From positions 87,172,001-87,236,000 of the forward strand of contig OX597814.1 in the NCBI GenBank assembly GCA_951406725.2: a stretch of 64,000 bases of DNA. Reading direction: 5' to 3'. The notes beneath the pieces are model-generated. The model did no database searches. It saw only the letters and a program-made list of their open reading frames with translations, and was not told where the DNA came from. Made by a program: the position numbers and the translations under genes. Position 1 is the stretch's first letter; each line of letters begins with the position of its first letter. Positions 56,001-63,302 of the stretch are shown here, in pieces. The DNA comes from Octopus vulgaris. Its lineage: Eukaryota.

Positions 56001-59000
56001 CTTTACAGGTATGTTCCATGCACTCTTAAGAAATTACCTAATTATGGAAACCTTAACTATTGCTATGCACGATAGTTCATTCAATTAGCATAAATAATAT
56101 TCATCCACCTTAATACAATTATAATTTTTTGAGCTATTAACTTCATTTTTAGAGATGAAGCATTTTAAAATGTATCTTGATTACATTCCAATGGTTCAAT
56201 AACCAATCAAAGTCAGGTATATATTGTTTCTGGGTGGCTACAGTGCACTGAACTGAATTTGAACTAGTAACTTTTATTTCTAAAGTAATAATACACAGAA
56301 GATTAGAGCATTTTTACCATTAGTTAAGAAATAATGGTTGTTAACCCTTTCATTACCATATTTATTTTGAGATGCTCTGTGTTTCTTTCAATTATTTAAA
56401 ATATAACAAAGAATTTAGTAAAATAACTTAGTTATCATTAAGCTAGTGTTAGTAACATAAATTGTGGCTAAGGTTTGGTGGAAGATTTTAATTCAAGACT
56501 TAAGAAAACAAGACACTTGTACTACAGAGCTAGAGGCGGTTTCAGCCGGGTTGGTAATGAAGGAGTTAATTGAAATCCAGCTCAGTAATATGGACTGATC
56601 TAGGAATAATACAACTAATAACATTGTGTCACACAATTTCTTCAGCTCGATACATTATATAAATTAAAATAATTTCTAAAATCTTCAACCTTTTATTCTT
56701 TAAGAATTTTGAAAGTATCAATGAGAACACCATGATATTTTTTCACTTTTAATGTCACTAAGCCAGTTCTGAATTCTTTGATCTGTATTGCGTAGATTTT
56801 ACAACTCGTAAGCTGCTGATATCTTCACTTTCGTTTTTAGTATTAAAAATTTCACAGTAAAATAAAAAAATTTTACAGTATAATTTGATAACTAATATGG
56901 AAAACATTTTACTGATTATGCCTAACGTCGTCGGCTAGAAATTTTCAAACTTGGCAGGTTCATTTTAAAGTTATCTCCCTTGCATGACAAGCTATATTTT
57001 CTGCCTTGGTAGAGACAAGATATTTTTAAATGCTATTGGAAATTTTACCGGTGAGTGTGTTAAATAATAAGGCACTAAAAGAGAATGACTCTCCCCAGAC
57101 ACAACAGAATTAAATGCTAATGATTCCCAAGTAATAATAAGTGACATGTGTTTCCAACAAGCTACAAACATCAGACAGATGTGCTAAGAAACATCTAACT
57201 TTTATATCTAATATTTCAAGTATCAATAATGATTTCCTTTTACGTACTAAACCAATTATTTACAGTTATTTCATCAACATGAAGTATAGGGAAGGAAAGA
57301 GTGCATCATTCTCCCATGGATCAAAATGATAACAAAAAATAATTTATAACTTTGGTACACGGTCACAAATAACAGTCATCTTAATCTTCTCTTACCATAT
57401 AATTTGAGAATAAATTATACTTATTTTATAAATAAATTGTACTTATTTTATAGACCCCCAGAGGGATAACATGCAAAATTAACTTTAGCAAGATTTGAAC
57501 TTAAATTTTAAAGTGATGTAAAAAAATTCTTTCTTTCTGCTAATTCAATCACCTCCTTTTCAGTAGTTGTAATAATAATTATTATTGCCCACATAATATG
57601 ATATATTGATTTAATCCCCTGATATTACTATCACTTATGACTCAGAATATACAGTAAATTATCATTTGTTTGAGATAGAGTATTTTTATATGATAATATA
57701 GATTTTAATTCAACATGATAACATAATTTAAAAACTGCTGTATAACTTGATGTAAGTATATTTAGGTATACATAGAATATTGCTCATGGTAATTGAGCAC
57801 CTGAGTGCTTTACTAATAGTCCTTCAGCAAATAAGGAAATCTTGATGACTAATAATATTTTAATTAGTCATCTCATTTGTAATCATGTTTGTGAATATCT
57901 AGCAAAAATATGTGTGTGATTTAGTTTTGTGCAGCCATGTGTACTAAATGAATGTCAAATTGTGAAGGTGAATTTGAAACTGTATTCTCTTCACCGGGTG
58001 TTTGTATAAGTTATGTGTGCAAAACAAATCAAAATTGAATAAATAATAACAAAGAATGGAAATACAATGAATTACTTGTTGCTGGGAGATGAAATACATA
58101 TTCAAAATAGTTAAAGTTGAAATGGTTAATTATAATTAAAAAAGAAAAATGAAATTCTACATTTTTTCACGCACAGAGTTGCTGAAGCATGGAATAAACT
58201 GCTTGCGTCAGTTGTTGACTGCCATGACACTGCATCCTTTAAGGCCCTCATGCTTTCCGAAATCCGCCGAAACTACACCTGATTATATATACACTTTAGA
58301 TGAGTTGTAGTGCACCTGAGCACTGTACACAATTATTATTATTATTATTATTATTGCATTACTTGGAAGAATTAACAATATAAAACTGTCCTTGACAACA
58401 ACTGTTTATATAAATCAGGCATTTTGACCATAGTTCTACTGATTTTGGTGTCTTTATTTTCTTGAATTTTGTAGAAAGAAGGGGATTGCCACATTTGTTG
58501 TATTTTCTGTCCTTCAGATGTCTTGTGTAAAACATTGGTAATAAAGCTGGGTTACTGTTGACTTGATCAATGTTCTATATGACTGACAATTGCTGCATCA
58601 TAACTGCCATTATTTCTGGCTGAAGTGAATATATAATGGCCATCAGTAACAGATAAAGAGACGATGCGTATATAAGAGGGTAAATATTCTGCCAGGGCTA
58701 TATGAAGGCTAATATCCATGTAAGACAGAATGCTAAACTTTCTTACAATGACCAAGAGAACCAGTGCAAACAGTAGCTCTGCTGTTTAAACAGTGGTTGA
58801 AATTTCTGATTGGCCAAAATGATACAACTGATAAGAAGGAAACCAAACTGTCATCTACATGAAATCACTTCACAATCTCATAATGCATTATCATGATGAG
58901 ATCATCTGTTGCTATGGTTGTGGGTTCTAATGCTAGCTGTGATTCTTTATTGAAGTTTTTTTGTATTAATGTGTTGAAGTTACCTATAGATTTACATTAA

Positions 59001-61556
59001 TCCATTTTTTTCAACATCAAATCAGTTTAGAATTATTACTGTGCTTTTTCTACGTGATAAGGTTTGTGCTTTATACTTTTATTAATTCTCCCTAGGATAT
59101 TATTTTTGCTAACGAGATCTAGACCATTCTTCACGGGGTTATTGCACATGTTGCAGAATTCATTGTAATTATTTAGTATTATAATCTCTTTTATTTGGTA
59201 TTTTTTAGTTGTTGTTTGTTTGCTTGCTGTTCAGTTATTTTAACTATGTGTTTGGCTTGCTTAGTGGTGTCCTTGTTTGTGCTTCTGTTATCTTACAAGA
59301 TTCTATTATGTTGTTACATAGATAGTTATGTATGTTTCCTTATTCCTTTTGGGTTTGTTAACAAATTTGTCCACAAGTGAAAACTGGCTGTCTGATAATT
59401 CTATTGTTTGTAAATCCATGAATAGGCTATGTTAGAATATATTAGGTTTATTCTCAAATTATATGCTTTTGATTGTGTTAACAATATTGTATTTGAATTC
59501 ATCCACACTTTTGTTCTGTGGTATTGTACATTTTTTGAGATCCTTTTGCTGTCTTTATTATTGTAAAAATAGCTATCTACCTTGTTTGTTTGATTTTAAT
59601 TTCTAACCTTTTAATGAGATATTTGATGTAAAACTTCAAGAGAATAATGAGAGTGTTTTTTTCACCAAATATAGATGATTTATCTACTTCATGTCATTGG
59701 TGTTTCTGTTTTATGTTTATGTATGTTAGTAGTACTAGATGTGAAAGTAGTTGTTTCCTCTTCCATATACATATTGCAGCCACCTCTAATAAAGCTACTT
59801 CTAATAACAAAATTTCCCTTCTCCACTAACATTTGTCTTTGTTTTCATTGAAATGTGTCCTTAGGTTGTAACAGAACCACCAAATGGTCTAAAACTAAAT
59901 CTTCGAGGAACTTATCACAAAATACCAACAATTGCACTAACTGAATGCCTTCACCCAGCATTCACTTCTCTTGTTTTTGTTTTGGCCTTCTTCCATGCTG
60001 TGGTCCAAGAACGGCGTAAGTATGGCAAAGTTGGCTGGAATGTGCCATATGACTTCAATGAATCAGACTTCCGAGTATGTATGCAGATTCTGAATACCTA
60101 TTTGACTAAATCCTTAGAGCAGGGTGATCCCAAGATACCATGGAACAGTCTCAAGTATTTGATTGGAGAGGTAAAGTGCTGATTCACTGTTATTTTTCTT
60201 TTTTCCATCAGTGTTGTTGAAATAATATCCAAGAAGGTTCTTTGTCTGAGAAATAAACAGTGACATCTGCCAACTCTTGTAATGAAGCTAGGGCCAAATT
60301 GTAATGGCTGTACTGTTACTTTTGATCTGTCAGTGATGTGGGACATATTGCATAATCAACAACCTGTCCTCTATACCATATTGTCAAGGCTTGGCTCCAA
60401 TTGAACACCCTCTCTTTGAGAGATAAAACTGAACAATACTACAATTCAAACAGCAATAAGGCAACCCACAAGTGTGGTTTGTGTAGCAGAGACTACCATT
60501 CTTGTATTGGTCTGCTCAGCCTCAGACGACACTGTTCCAGCAGGGGGGACAACCATGACATTTATCATCATCATTTAACATCCATTTATCATGCTGGCAT
60601 GGGTAGGATGGTTTGACAGGAACAGGCAAGTCAGAAAACCAAACTTTGCTGTCTGTTTTGGCATGGTTTCTACAGCTGGATGTTCTTCCTAATGCCAACC
60701 ATTTTACAGAGTGTACAGGGTGCTTTTTATGTGGCATCAGCAGCAGTGAAGTCACCAAGTAACTTGTAGAACAAAGCCCCTCAACTGGGGAGAGTAGTAT
60801 TCTGGGAGAGAAAAGTTGTCTCGCATTAGAAGAAAAACATGGCTACCTCATGGTCATTAATAATAGATGGAGGCCTAAGCATATCTTTTGACTAAATCAG
60901 TGATTTTCAACTTTTTTTCTATTTGCAGCACCCTGAATGAAGCGCTTAAGATGTTATAACACATTATCAACTTCATAAAGATTTTATTAAATTTTAAAAA
61001 ATGAGAACGAAAATAGTTTTAAAACAGTTAAAGGTGCATGCATCATATTTTGCCATAAATGAATAAATAAACACCAATGATGTACATGAAAAGTACTCAA
61101 GTATTTGAAAGATCTTAGCACTTTCTGACTCACTCCATACAGTACTCCTGCACACACACACACATATGCGTGCATGTACACACACACACACACAAGACAT
61201 GCCTTTTTTTTAGTATCAGTCTACCAAATCCACTCACAAGGCTTTGATTGGCCTGGGGCTATAGTAAAAGACACCCAAAATACCATGCAGTGAAACTGAA
61301 CCTGAAACCATGTGGTTGGGAATCAAACATCTTAATCAATCATACAATTATACCTGTACCTATGTATGAATGAATGAATGAATGAATGAATGAATGAATG
61401 AATGAATGAATGTATGTATGTATGTATGTATGTATGTATGTATGTATGTATGTATGTATGTATGTATGTATATGTGTGTGTATGGCTGTATATATATATA
61501 TATATATGTGTATATGTATGTATGTATATGTGTGTGTATGGCTGTATATATATATG

Positions 61557-61588
<32 letters not shown>

Positions 61589-62673
61589 TGTATGTATGTA
61601 TGTATGTATGTATGTATGTATGTGTCTATATATGTATGTATGTGTGTGCTTAAGTTATAATAATATTGAAATGGAGTATTGTATAGCAGAATGCTGGTAA
61701 TTTCCTGATGTTTTTTTCCAGGTGATGTATGGTGGGAGAGCTATTGATAATTTTGACCGAAGGATTCTGAATATTTATATGGATGAATATATGGGTGATT
61801 TCATTTTTGACACGTTCCAACCATTCCATTTTTTTCGTAACCAAGAAGTGGATTATTGCATTCCAGAACCAGGACCTAAAGACAATTATGTTGGTAAGCA
61901 ACATTTATCTAACTCAAAAGTATGCGAAGGTAATGGTAAAAAAGAAAGCTCAGTGTGTTTTTGTCATTGTTGTTATTGTGTATGGTTGTGTTGATGTTTT
62001 GTATGGTGATGCTGGTTTGTTGCATTGTTTGTTCCTTCTCGAGCCATGCCTGGCTCATAAGGGCCAGTTTCACGGTTTCCTTGGCGTATCAATTCTCCAC
62101 CTGGATGGGACGCCGGTCCGTCACAGGTGACCTGCAAGATGCAGGAGGAAAGAGTGAGAGAAAGTTGTGGCGAAAGAGTCAGCAGAAGTTTGCCATTACC
62201 TTCTGCTGGAGCCGCATGGAGCTTAGGTATTTCGCTCAAAAACACATGCATTGCCCGGTCTGAGATTCGAACCCACAATCCCTCGATCACAAGTCCGCTG
62301 CTCTAACCACTTGGCCATGTGCGTCCACAGTTTGTTGCATGGAAGTGTTTGTGTGTTATATAGATGTGTTGGTGTATTTCAGGCTGGTATTGATATCATG
62401 TGTGACATTGTTGGTCTGTTGTGTGATAGTAAATATGATATTGCTTTGATGTAAAAGTCTGGAAACTTTCTCTTCTAAAGTGAAAAAGCAATGATTCTGT
62501 AGTAACTTCTTATCATGTCACCTCTGTTCTTTTATTACCAGATTACATTGAATCCTTGCCCTTGATCAACACTCCCGAGGTCTTTGGTCTTCATCCCAAT
62601 GCTGAGATAGGTTATTATACCCAAGCTGCTCGGGATATGTGGTTACATCTGATAGAGCTTCAGCCTCAGACAA
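142..62673 (+). CDS. DNAH10: Dynein axonemal heavy chain 10-like, partial multi-exon gene (25 internal exons; both ends outside the window)
   Basis: Manually spliced exons give one stop-free frame of about 1549 codons. Dynein motifs: [23 protein letters not shown]4 Walker [48 protein letters not shown]5 [27 protein letters not shown]6 [37 protein letters not shown]. It closely follows the DNAH10 sequence as I recall it; not checked by search. Confidence 0.93.
1096..3955 (+). mobile_element. RTE-clade LINE, 5'-truncated and degenerate (RT with internal Cys/His finger, 3' UTR repeat array, (GAT)n tail)
   Basis: Broken ORF fragments: [52 protein letters not shown] (followed by a deletion), [15 protein letters not shown]. 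Many stops and frameshifts; ends aacccatg-like tail plus gatgatgat. Confidence 0.9.
4160..4318 (+). CDS. DNAH10: DNAH10 exon 2 ([11 protein letters not shown]...RDPILFGDY...[16 protein letters not shown])
   Basis: tttttag| and |gtaaaa; 159 nt, phase 0-0; not in the ORF track. Confidence 0.9.
4601..5869 (-). mobile_element. Full-length mariner (DD34D-type) transposon, inactivated
   Basis: About 34-bp TIRs CGAGGGGCGTTCAATAAGTAATG(T/C)CCCTGACCCA with TA on both sides; 1269 bp. Transposase from ATG 5702 with WISRLL (WVPxxL), [32 protein letters not shown]; frameshifted, and HPPYSPD is missing. Confidence 0.95.
6826..7147 (+). CDS. DNAH10: DNAH10 exon 3 (LLEEYNE...[16 protein letters not shown]...DVAEE), AAA4 P-loop
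   Basis: ttttcag| and g|gtaagc; phase 0-1. Confidence 0.95.
9252..9340 (+). CDS. DNAH10: DNAH10 exon 4 ([30 protein letters not shown])
   Basis: ctacag| and |gtatga; phase 1-0. Confidence 0.93.
9735..9938 (+). mobile_element. RTE 3'-end fragment
   Basis: gtgccatgtaaaaagcacc unit, gtggttggcattagg..catccagctg motif, aacccatgccagca, (GAT)n tail. Confidence 0.75.
10625..10775 (+). CDS. DNAH10: DNAH10 exon 5 (VRAEAMALG...[23 protein letters not shown])
   Basis: tttcag| and g|gtaatt; phase 0-1. Confidence 0.93.
11065..11420 (+). mobile_element. Degenerate RTE ORF C-terminal fragment
   Basis: Visibly homologous to 2930-3290 (aaagctagtatgatc...ggcataagagaaattagatgt...ggaaacccaggaagacat...gagaagacc). 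Confidence 0.7.
12257..12319 (+). ncRNA. Type I hammerhead ribozyme motif (stem II degenerate)
   Basis: Stem I TTCAGACACC..GG / CC..GGTGTCTGAA; core CTGAAGA 12272-12278; GAAA 12293-12296; stem III CTC-A-GAG; GTA cleavage triplet 12303-12305. Confidence 0.55.
12408..13820 (+). repeat. Tandemly multiplied RTE 3' UTR (higher-order repeat, periods about 343 and 364 bp) ending in the RTE tail plus (GAT)n(TA)n
   Basis: Unit start gaagacccggcaagactagtcagg at 12493, 12836 and 13200; near-identical units differ mainly in (ATCAA)n length; each contains 59-70 bp sub-repeats. Confidence 0.9.
14568..14656 (+). CDS. DNAH10: DNAH10 exon 6 ([30 protein letters not shown])
   Basis: tttataaag| (AAG acceptor) and |gtgagt; phase 1-0; supplies the conserved IDWxxxWP motif. 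Confidence 0.92.
14686..14950. repeat. Compound trinucleotide microsatellite (CCT)(CAT)(CAC)(CGC)(CAC)(CTT)~31
   Basis: Read directly; starts about 30 nt after the exon 6 donor. Confidence 0.95.
16157..16380 (+). mobile_element. R4/Dong-like element 3' fragment (family A)
   Basis: Encodes GALGSIP...[18 protein letters not shown], the typical C-terminus of RLE-bearing elements; follows a (GAT/GGT)n tract. Confidence 0.65.
16425..16635 (-). mobile_element. tRNA-headed SINE (same family as 39229-39452)
   Basis: Reverse complement of gagctg.caga..cgttagca..gggcgaaatgcttagc..ttctgagttcaaattc..ctttcatcctttc.gggt. Confidence 0.75.
16655..16836 (+). mobile_element. R4/Dong-like element 3' fragment (family B) between (AAT)n and (TAC)n
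   Basis: Encodes [31 protein letters not shown]. Confidence 0.65.
16998..17427 (+). mobile_element. R4/Dong-like element 3' fragment (family C, older copy)
   Basis: [25 protein letters not shown]...[17 protein letters not shown]; collinear with 19510-19974; followed by (AAT)n. Confidence 0.9.
17484..19974 (+). mobile_element. R4-clade (Dong-like) non-LTR retrotransposon, 5'-truncated, RT plus restriction-like endonuclease
   Basis: Long ORF with [84 protein letters not shown]..(F)LIDV..K..KY. One frameshift in the A-run near 19592; (AAT)n on both sides. Confidence 0.95.
19996..20150 (-). mobile_element. SINE fragment (family of 39229-39452)
   Basis: ggtttcaaattttt..agtcgattacatcga..gaccctgaaaggatg..gtcgaccttggcagaatttgaactcagaa. 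Confidence 0.7.
20902..21099 (+). CDS. DNAH10: DNAH10 exon 7 ([15 protein letters not shown]...[15 protein letters not shown]...IKGQ)
   Basis: ccttcag| and |gtaaga; phase 0-0. Confidence 0.94.
21367..21605 (-). mobile_element. RTE 3'-end fragment
   Basis: Reverse complement of the tail (gctggcatgggttagacag..ggatgcccttcctaat..ggtgcttttacatgccaccagcac). Confidence 0.8.
22096..22450 (-). mobile_element. Penelope-like element remnant, GIY-YIG endonuclease
   Basis: [24 protein letters not shown]...[17 protein letters not shown], preceded in another frame by a Cys linker ([14 protein letters not shown]). Confidence 0.85.
22826..23059 (+). CDS. DNAH10: DNAH10 exon 8 ([14 protein letters not shown]...IIAIEK), stalk coiled coil 1
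   Basis: ttgtag| and |gtttgg; phase 0-0. Confidence 0.92.
25291..25388 (+). CDS. DNAH10: DNAH10 exon 9 ([32 protein letters not shown])
   Basis: ttctttag| and ag|gtcagg; phase 0-2. Confidence 0.92.
25626..26174. mobile_element. piggyBac-type (TTAA) MITE interrupted by a SINE
   Basis: ttaaCCCTTTTGCTACC ... GGTATCAAAAGGGT[SINE]TATCAAAATGGttaa; related to 48490-48700 and 56341-56569. Confidence 0.75.
25847..26159 (+). mobile_element. tRNA-headed SINE with 12-bp TSD
   Basis: A box tggctcagtggt, B-box-like gggagttcatttccc; TSD tatcaaaa(g/t)ggt at 25835-25846 and 26160-26171. Confidence 0.8.
26180..26890 (-). mobile_element. Highly degenerate L1/Tx1-like RT remnant
   Basis: Minus-strand translation gives AYTDAIILI (about AYADDxx) followed by [16 protein letters not shown] (about xGAKINxxKS). 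Confidence 0.45.
27729..27910 (+). CDS. DNAH10: DNAH10 exon 10 ([17 protein letters not shown]...QKQVK), microtubule-binding domain
   Basis: ctacag| and g|gtaaga; phase 2-1. Confidence 0.93.
28349..28594 (-). mobile_element. tRNA-headed SINE with 12-bp TSD
   Basis: TSD taaagaattata at 28337-28348 and 28595-28606; minus-strand head gtggcttagtggttaggg..ggtttcaattcc. Confidence 0.85.
28698..28834 (+). CDS. DNAH10: DNAH10 exon 11 ([46 protein letters not shown])
   Basis: tttgcag| and |gtcagt; phase 1-0. Confidence 0.93.
29941..30106 (+). mobile_element. RTE 3' tail inserted in (TA)n, with a 19-nt 5' duplication
   Basis: ggtgttaggaagggcatct ggcgttaggaagggcacccagccgtagaaacactgcc...aacccatgctagcatgg...(GAT)n. 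Confidence 0.85.
30805..31022 (+). CDS. DNAH10: DNAH10 exon 12 (LARLEKTF...[18 protein letters not shown]), stalk coiled coil 2
   Basis: tttacag| and ag|gtaaag; phase 0-2. Confidence 0.94.
32845..33066 (+). CDS. DNAH10: DNAH10 exon 13 (RWVKDLELL...[18 protein letters not shown]...DVEIS)
   Basis: ttgttag| and cg|gtaagt; phase 2-2. Confidence 0.94.
35045..35192 (+). CDS. DNAH10: DNAH10 exon 14 ([50 protein letters not shown])
   Basis: tgaccag| and |gtaaga; phase 2-0. Confidence 0.94.
35407..35542 (+). CDS. DNAH10: DNAH10 exon 15 ([45 protein letters not shown])
   Basis: ccatcag| and g|gtttgt; phase 0-1. Confidence 0.93.
36660..36823 (+). promoter_or_regulatory. Candidate intronic CpG-rich promoter / first exon
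   Basis: Local CpG cluster; CCAAT 36708; ATGGCG 36724; GAAGAAGAAGAG; two TCTCGCGAGA-like half matches (36781, 36799); TAG-caa-ATG GAT GCA G|gtgagg. Confidence 0.4.
37515..38095 (+). mobile_element. CR1-clade LINE 3' fragment
   Basis: [42 protein letters not shown]; tail gtgcacctgagcactgtatacaat. Confidence 0.9.
38247..38390 (+). CDS. Candidate unannotated 144-nt exon ([48 protein letters not shown])
   Basis: ctgat..ttgttcaag| and g|gtaaaa; multiple of 3; stop-free in phase 1; coding-like purine-rich composition. Confidence 0.45.
38581..38616 (+). CDS. Candidate 36-nt microexon ([12 protein letters not shown])
   Basis: tttttattttag| and g|gtaagt; multiple of 3; stop-free in phase 1. Confidence 0.35.
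39229..39452 (+). mobile_element. tRNA-headed SINE with a Meta/MESC-like core
   Basis: ggcgagctggcagaatcattagca..ttctgagttcaaattc..gcctttcatcctttcggggtcgattaaataagtaccag; a further copy lies near 35587-35795. Confidence 0.75.
39557..40150 (-). mobile_element. Tc1/mariner-superfamily (maT/DD37D-like) transposase 3' remnant with one TIR
   Basis: [27 protein letters not shown]; terminus ta|ctgggtgtggtgaataaatt. Confidence 0.75.
40940..41136 (+). mobile_element. RTE 3'-end fragment
   Basis: ctcctgtgccggtggcacataaaaagcacc plus tail plus (GAT)n. Confidence 0.85.
41221..43280 (+). mobile_element. Non-autonomous Helitron (about 2.06 kb)
   Basis: a|TC 5' end (TCTCTATATATAAAACTG); 3' GC hairpin ACCCGC-gcgtaga-GCGGGT 43249-43267 followed by CTAG|t at 43277-43280. 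Confidence 0.75.
42903..43213 (-). mobile_element. RTE 3'-end fragment with three array units, nested in the Helitron
   Basis: (CAT)n, gctagcacgggttggacag, ggatgcccttcctaacgccaacc, ggtgcttttt acgtg repeats. Confidence 0.85.
43340..43648 (+). mobile_element. tRNA-headed SINE (resembles octopus OR-type families)
   Basis: A box tggcccagtggttagg, B box ggtttcgattccc; flanked by (TA)n. Confidence 0.8.
44270..44560 (-). mobile_element. Penelope-like RT N-terminal remnant
   Basis: [54 protein letters not shown], matching the xLKDHKxNF..CRLINP motif of PLE RTs. Confidence 0.7.
44581..45034 (+). mobile_element. Young RTE 3' UTR copy with a five-unit array
   Basis: Nearly identical to 13367-13820; CpGs largely intact. 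Confidence 0.9.
45877..46031 (+). CDS. DNAH10: DNAH10 exon 16 ([52 protein letters not shown])
   Basis: tttccag| and |gtatgt; phase 1-0; not in the ORF track. Confidence 0.94.
46484..46937 (-). mobile_element. Short non-autonomous Helitron (454 bp)
   Basis: Minus strand: a|TCTATACATATAAAGCTG 5' end; hairpin cctgagcaacgccagg; CTAG|t 3' end. Confidence 0.7.
48067..48155 (+). CDS. DNAH10: DNAH10 exon 17 ([29 protein letters not shown])
   Basis: tcttcag| and ag|gtgagt; phase 0-2. Confidence 0.94.
48335..48464 (+). CDS. DNAH10: DNAH10 exon 18 ([44 protein letters not shown])
   Basis: ttaacag| and |gtcagt; phase 2-0. Confidence 0.94.
48490..48700. mobile_element. piggyBac-type TTAA MITE
   Basis: Ends ggtatcaaaagggTTAA; body homologous to 25630-25846. 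Confidence 0.7.
48980..49307 (+). mobile_element. RTE 3'-end fragment with array units
   Basis: gtgctggtggcacataaaa.., gcatgtaaaaaacacc, ggcacgtaaaagcacc, tail and (GAT)n. Confidence 0.85.
49779..50052 (+). CDS. DNAH10: DNAH10 exon 19 ([34 protein letters not shown]...MYQYSL...YDYGCT)
   Basis: cattcag| and g|gtaaga; phase 0-1. Confidence 0.94.
50246..50386. mobile_element. 141-bp mariner-derived MITE
   Basis: TIRs TTAAGTTGTCCCAAAAGTTCGTA / TACGAACTTTTGGGACAACCTTA, TA on both sides. Confidence 0.8.
51181..51284 (+). CDS. DNAH10: DNAH10 exon 20 ([35 protein letters not shown])
   Basis: actttag| and |gtaaga; phase 1-0. Confidence 0.93.
52106..52261 (+). CDS. DNAH10: DNAH10 exon 21 ([24 protein letters not shown]...ETVWQS)
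   Basis: ttttaaag| (AAG acceptor) and |gtaagt; phase 0-0. Confidence 0.92.
52530..52857 (+). mobile_element. tRNA-headed SINE with 11-bp TSD
   Basis: A box tggcttagtggtt, B box gttcaattcc; TSD tttctaacatt at 52519-52529 and 52858-52868; same family as 25847-26159. Confidence 0.85.
55413..55952 (+). CDS. DNAH10: DNAH10 exon 22 (WFDHDSPES...ILSPGSDP...MGQGQE...WLMLQNCHL...[11 protein letters not shown]), AAA6
   Basis: cttgcag| and |gtgtgt; 540 nt, phase 0-0. Confidence 0.95.
56341..56569. mobile_element. piggyBac-type TTAA MITE
   Basis: TTAAccctttcattacc ... ggtaatgaaggagTTAA. Confidence 0.75.
58160..58355 (+). mobile_element. CR1 extreme 3' fragment with (ATT)n tail
   Basis: [13 protein letters not shown]; near-identical to the reverse complement of 63303-63480. 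Confidence 0.85.
59865..60170 (+). CDS. DNAH10: DNAH10 exon 23 ([13 protein letters not shown]...[28 protein letters not shown]...LKYLIGE)
   Basis: tccttag| and |gtaaag; phase 0-0. Confidence 0.95.
60240..60545 (+). mobile_element. RTE/BovB-like C-terminal remnant
   Basis: [23 protein letters not shown] matches the CxxCxRxCxSxIGLxSHxRxC finger at BovB-type ORF ends. Confidence 0.55.
60563..60770 (-). mobile_element. RTE 3'-end fragment
   Basis: (CAT)n, catgctggcatgggtagg, ttctacagctggatg, ggtgctttttatgtggcatcagca. Confidence 0.75.
61364..61650. repeat. (GAAT)n(TATG)n microsatellite upstream of exon 24
   Basis: Read directly. Confidence 0.95.
61722..61893 (+). CDS. DNAH10: DNAH10 exon 24 ([23 protein letters not shown]...KDNYV)
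   Basis: tttccag| and g|gtaagc; phase 0-1. Confidence 0.95.
62026..62329 (-). mobile_element. tRNA-headed SINE with 11-bp TSD
   Basis: TSD gtttgttgcat at 62015-62025 and 62330-62340; minus-strand head tggccaagtggttagagc..gggttcgaatctc. Confidence 0.85.
62542..62673 (+). CDS. DNAH10: DNAH10 exon 25 ([44 protein letters not shown])
   Basis: ttaccag| and a|gtaagt; phase 1-1. Confidence 0.94.
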
Positions 62674-62682
62674 GTAAGTGTG

Positions 62683-62794
62683 TATACATATATGTATACA
62701 CTTGCATACATACATACACACATACACACATACATACATACATACATACGTACACACATGCGTACATACATACATATGTACATACGTACATACA

Positions 62795-62826
<32 letters not shown>

Positions 62827-62882
62827 CACATACATACATACATACATATATACATACATACATACATACATACATACATACA

Positions 62883-62913
<31 letters not shown>

Positions 62914-62935
62914 GTATGTACATACATGCATGCAT
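62683..62935. repeat. (CATA)n microsatellite downstream of exon 25
   Basis: Read directly. Confidence 0.95.
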
Positions 62936-63302
62936 GATCATGATGATTACCTCATCTTGTCAGATGATAGCCATCTCACGTAAGAAAAAAAACGGAGAAA
63001 TGAAATGAATAATGAAACATCTGTACGCCATTGGATTTAAGTGACAAAAGTTTGTAGAACGTTTTCACCACTCCCTCAGTCACCATAGTCGGTTCAATGA
63101 CAAGCCTTGCAAGATAACTGGTATTATTTTGATTGCAAGTTTTGTCAGTATTTTTTTCTAGTAGAGCTGTTTTCCCCATGGCTTTGTCAAAAACAATGAG
63201 AGCATCCTTTATATATATACACACATATACACACTGGTTCAATTTCCACTCATTTACTTATTTATTTTTTCTAAAATTTTTGTTACATTTTGCAACCTCT
63301 TT

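Noticed and set aside
61402-63008. Numerous MYVC/HTYI-repeat ORFs (also near 11.7-12.2, 40.2-42.2 and 54.5-54.9 kb)
   Set aside because: Stop-free by construction in (TATG)n/(CA)n tracts.
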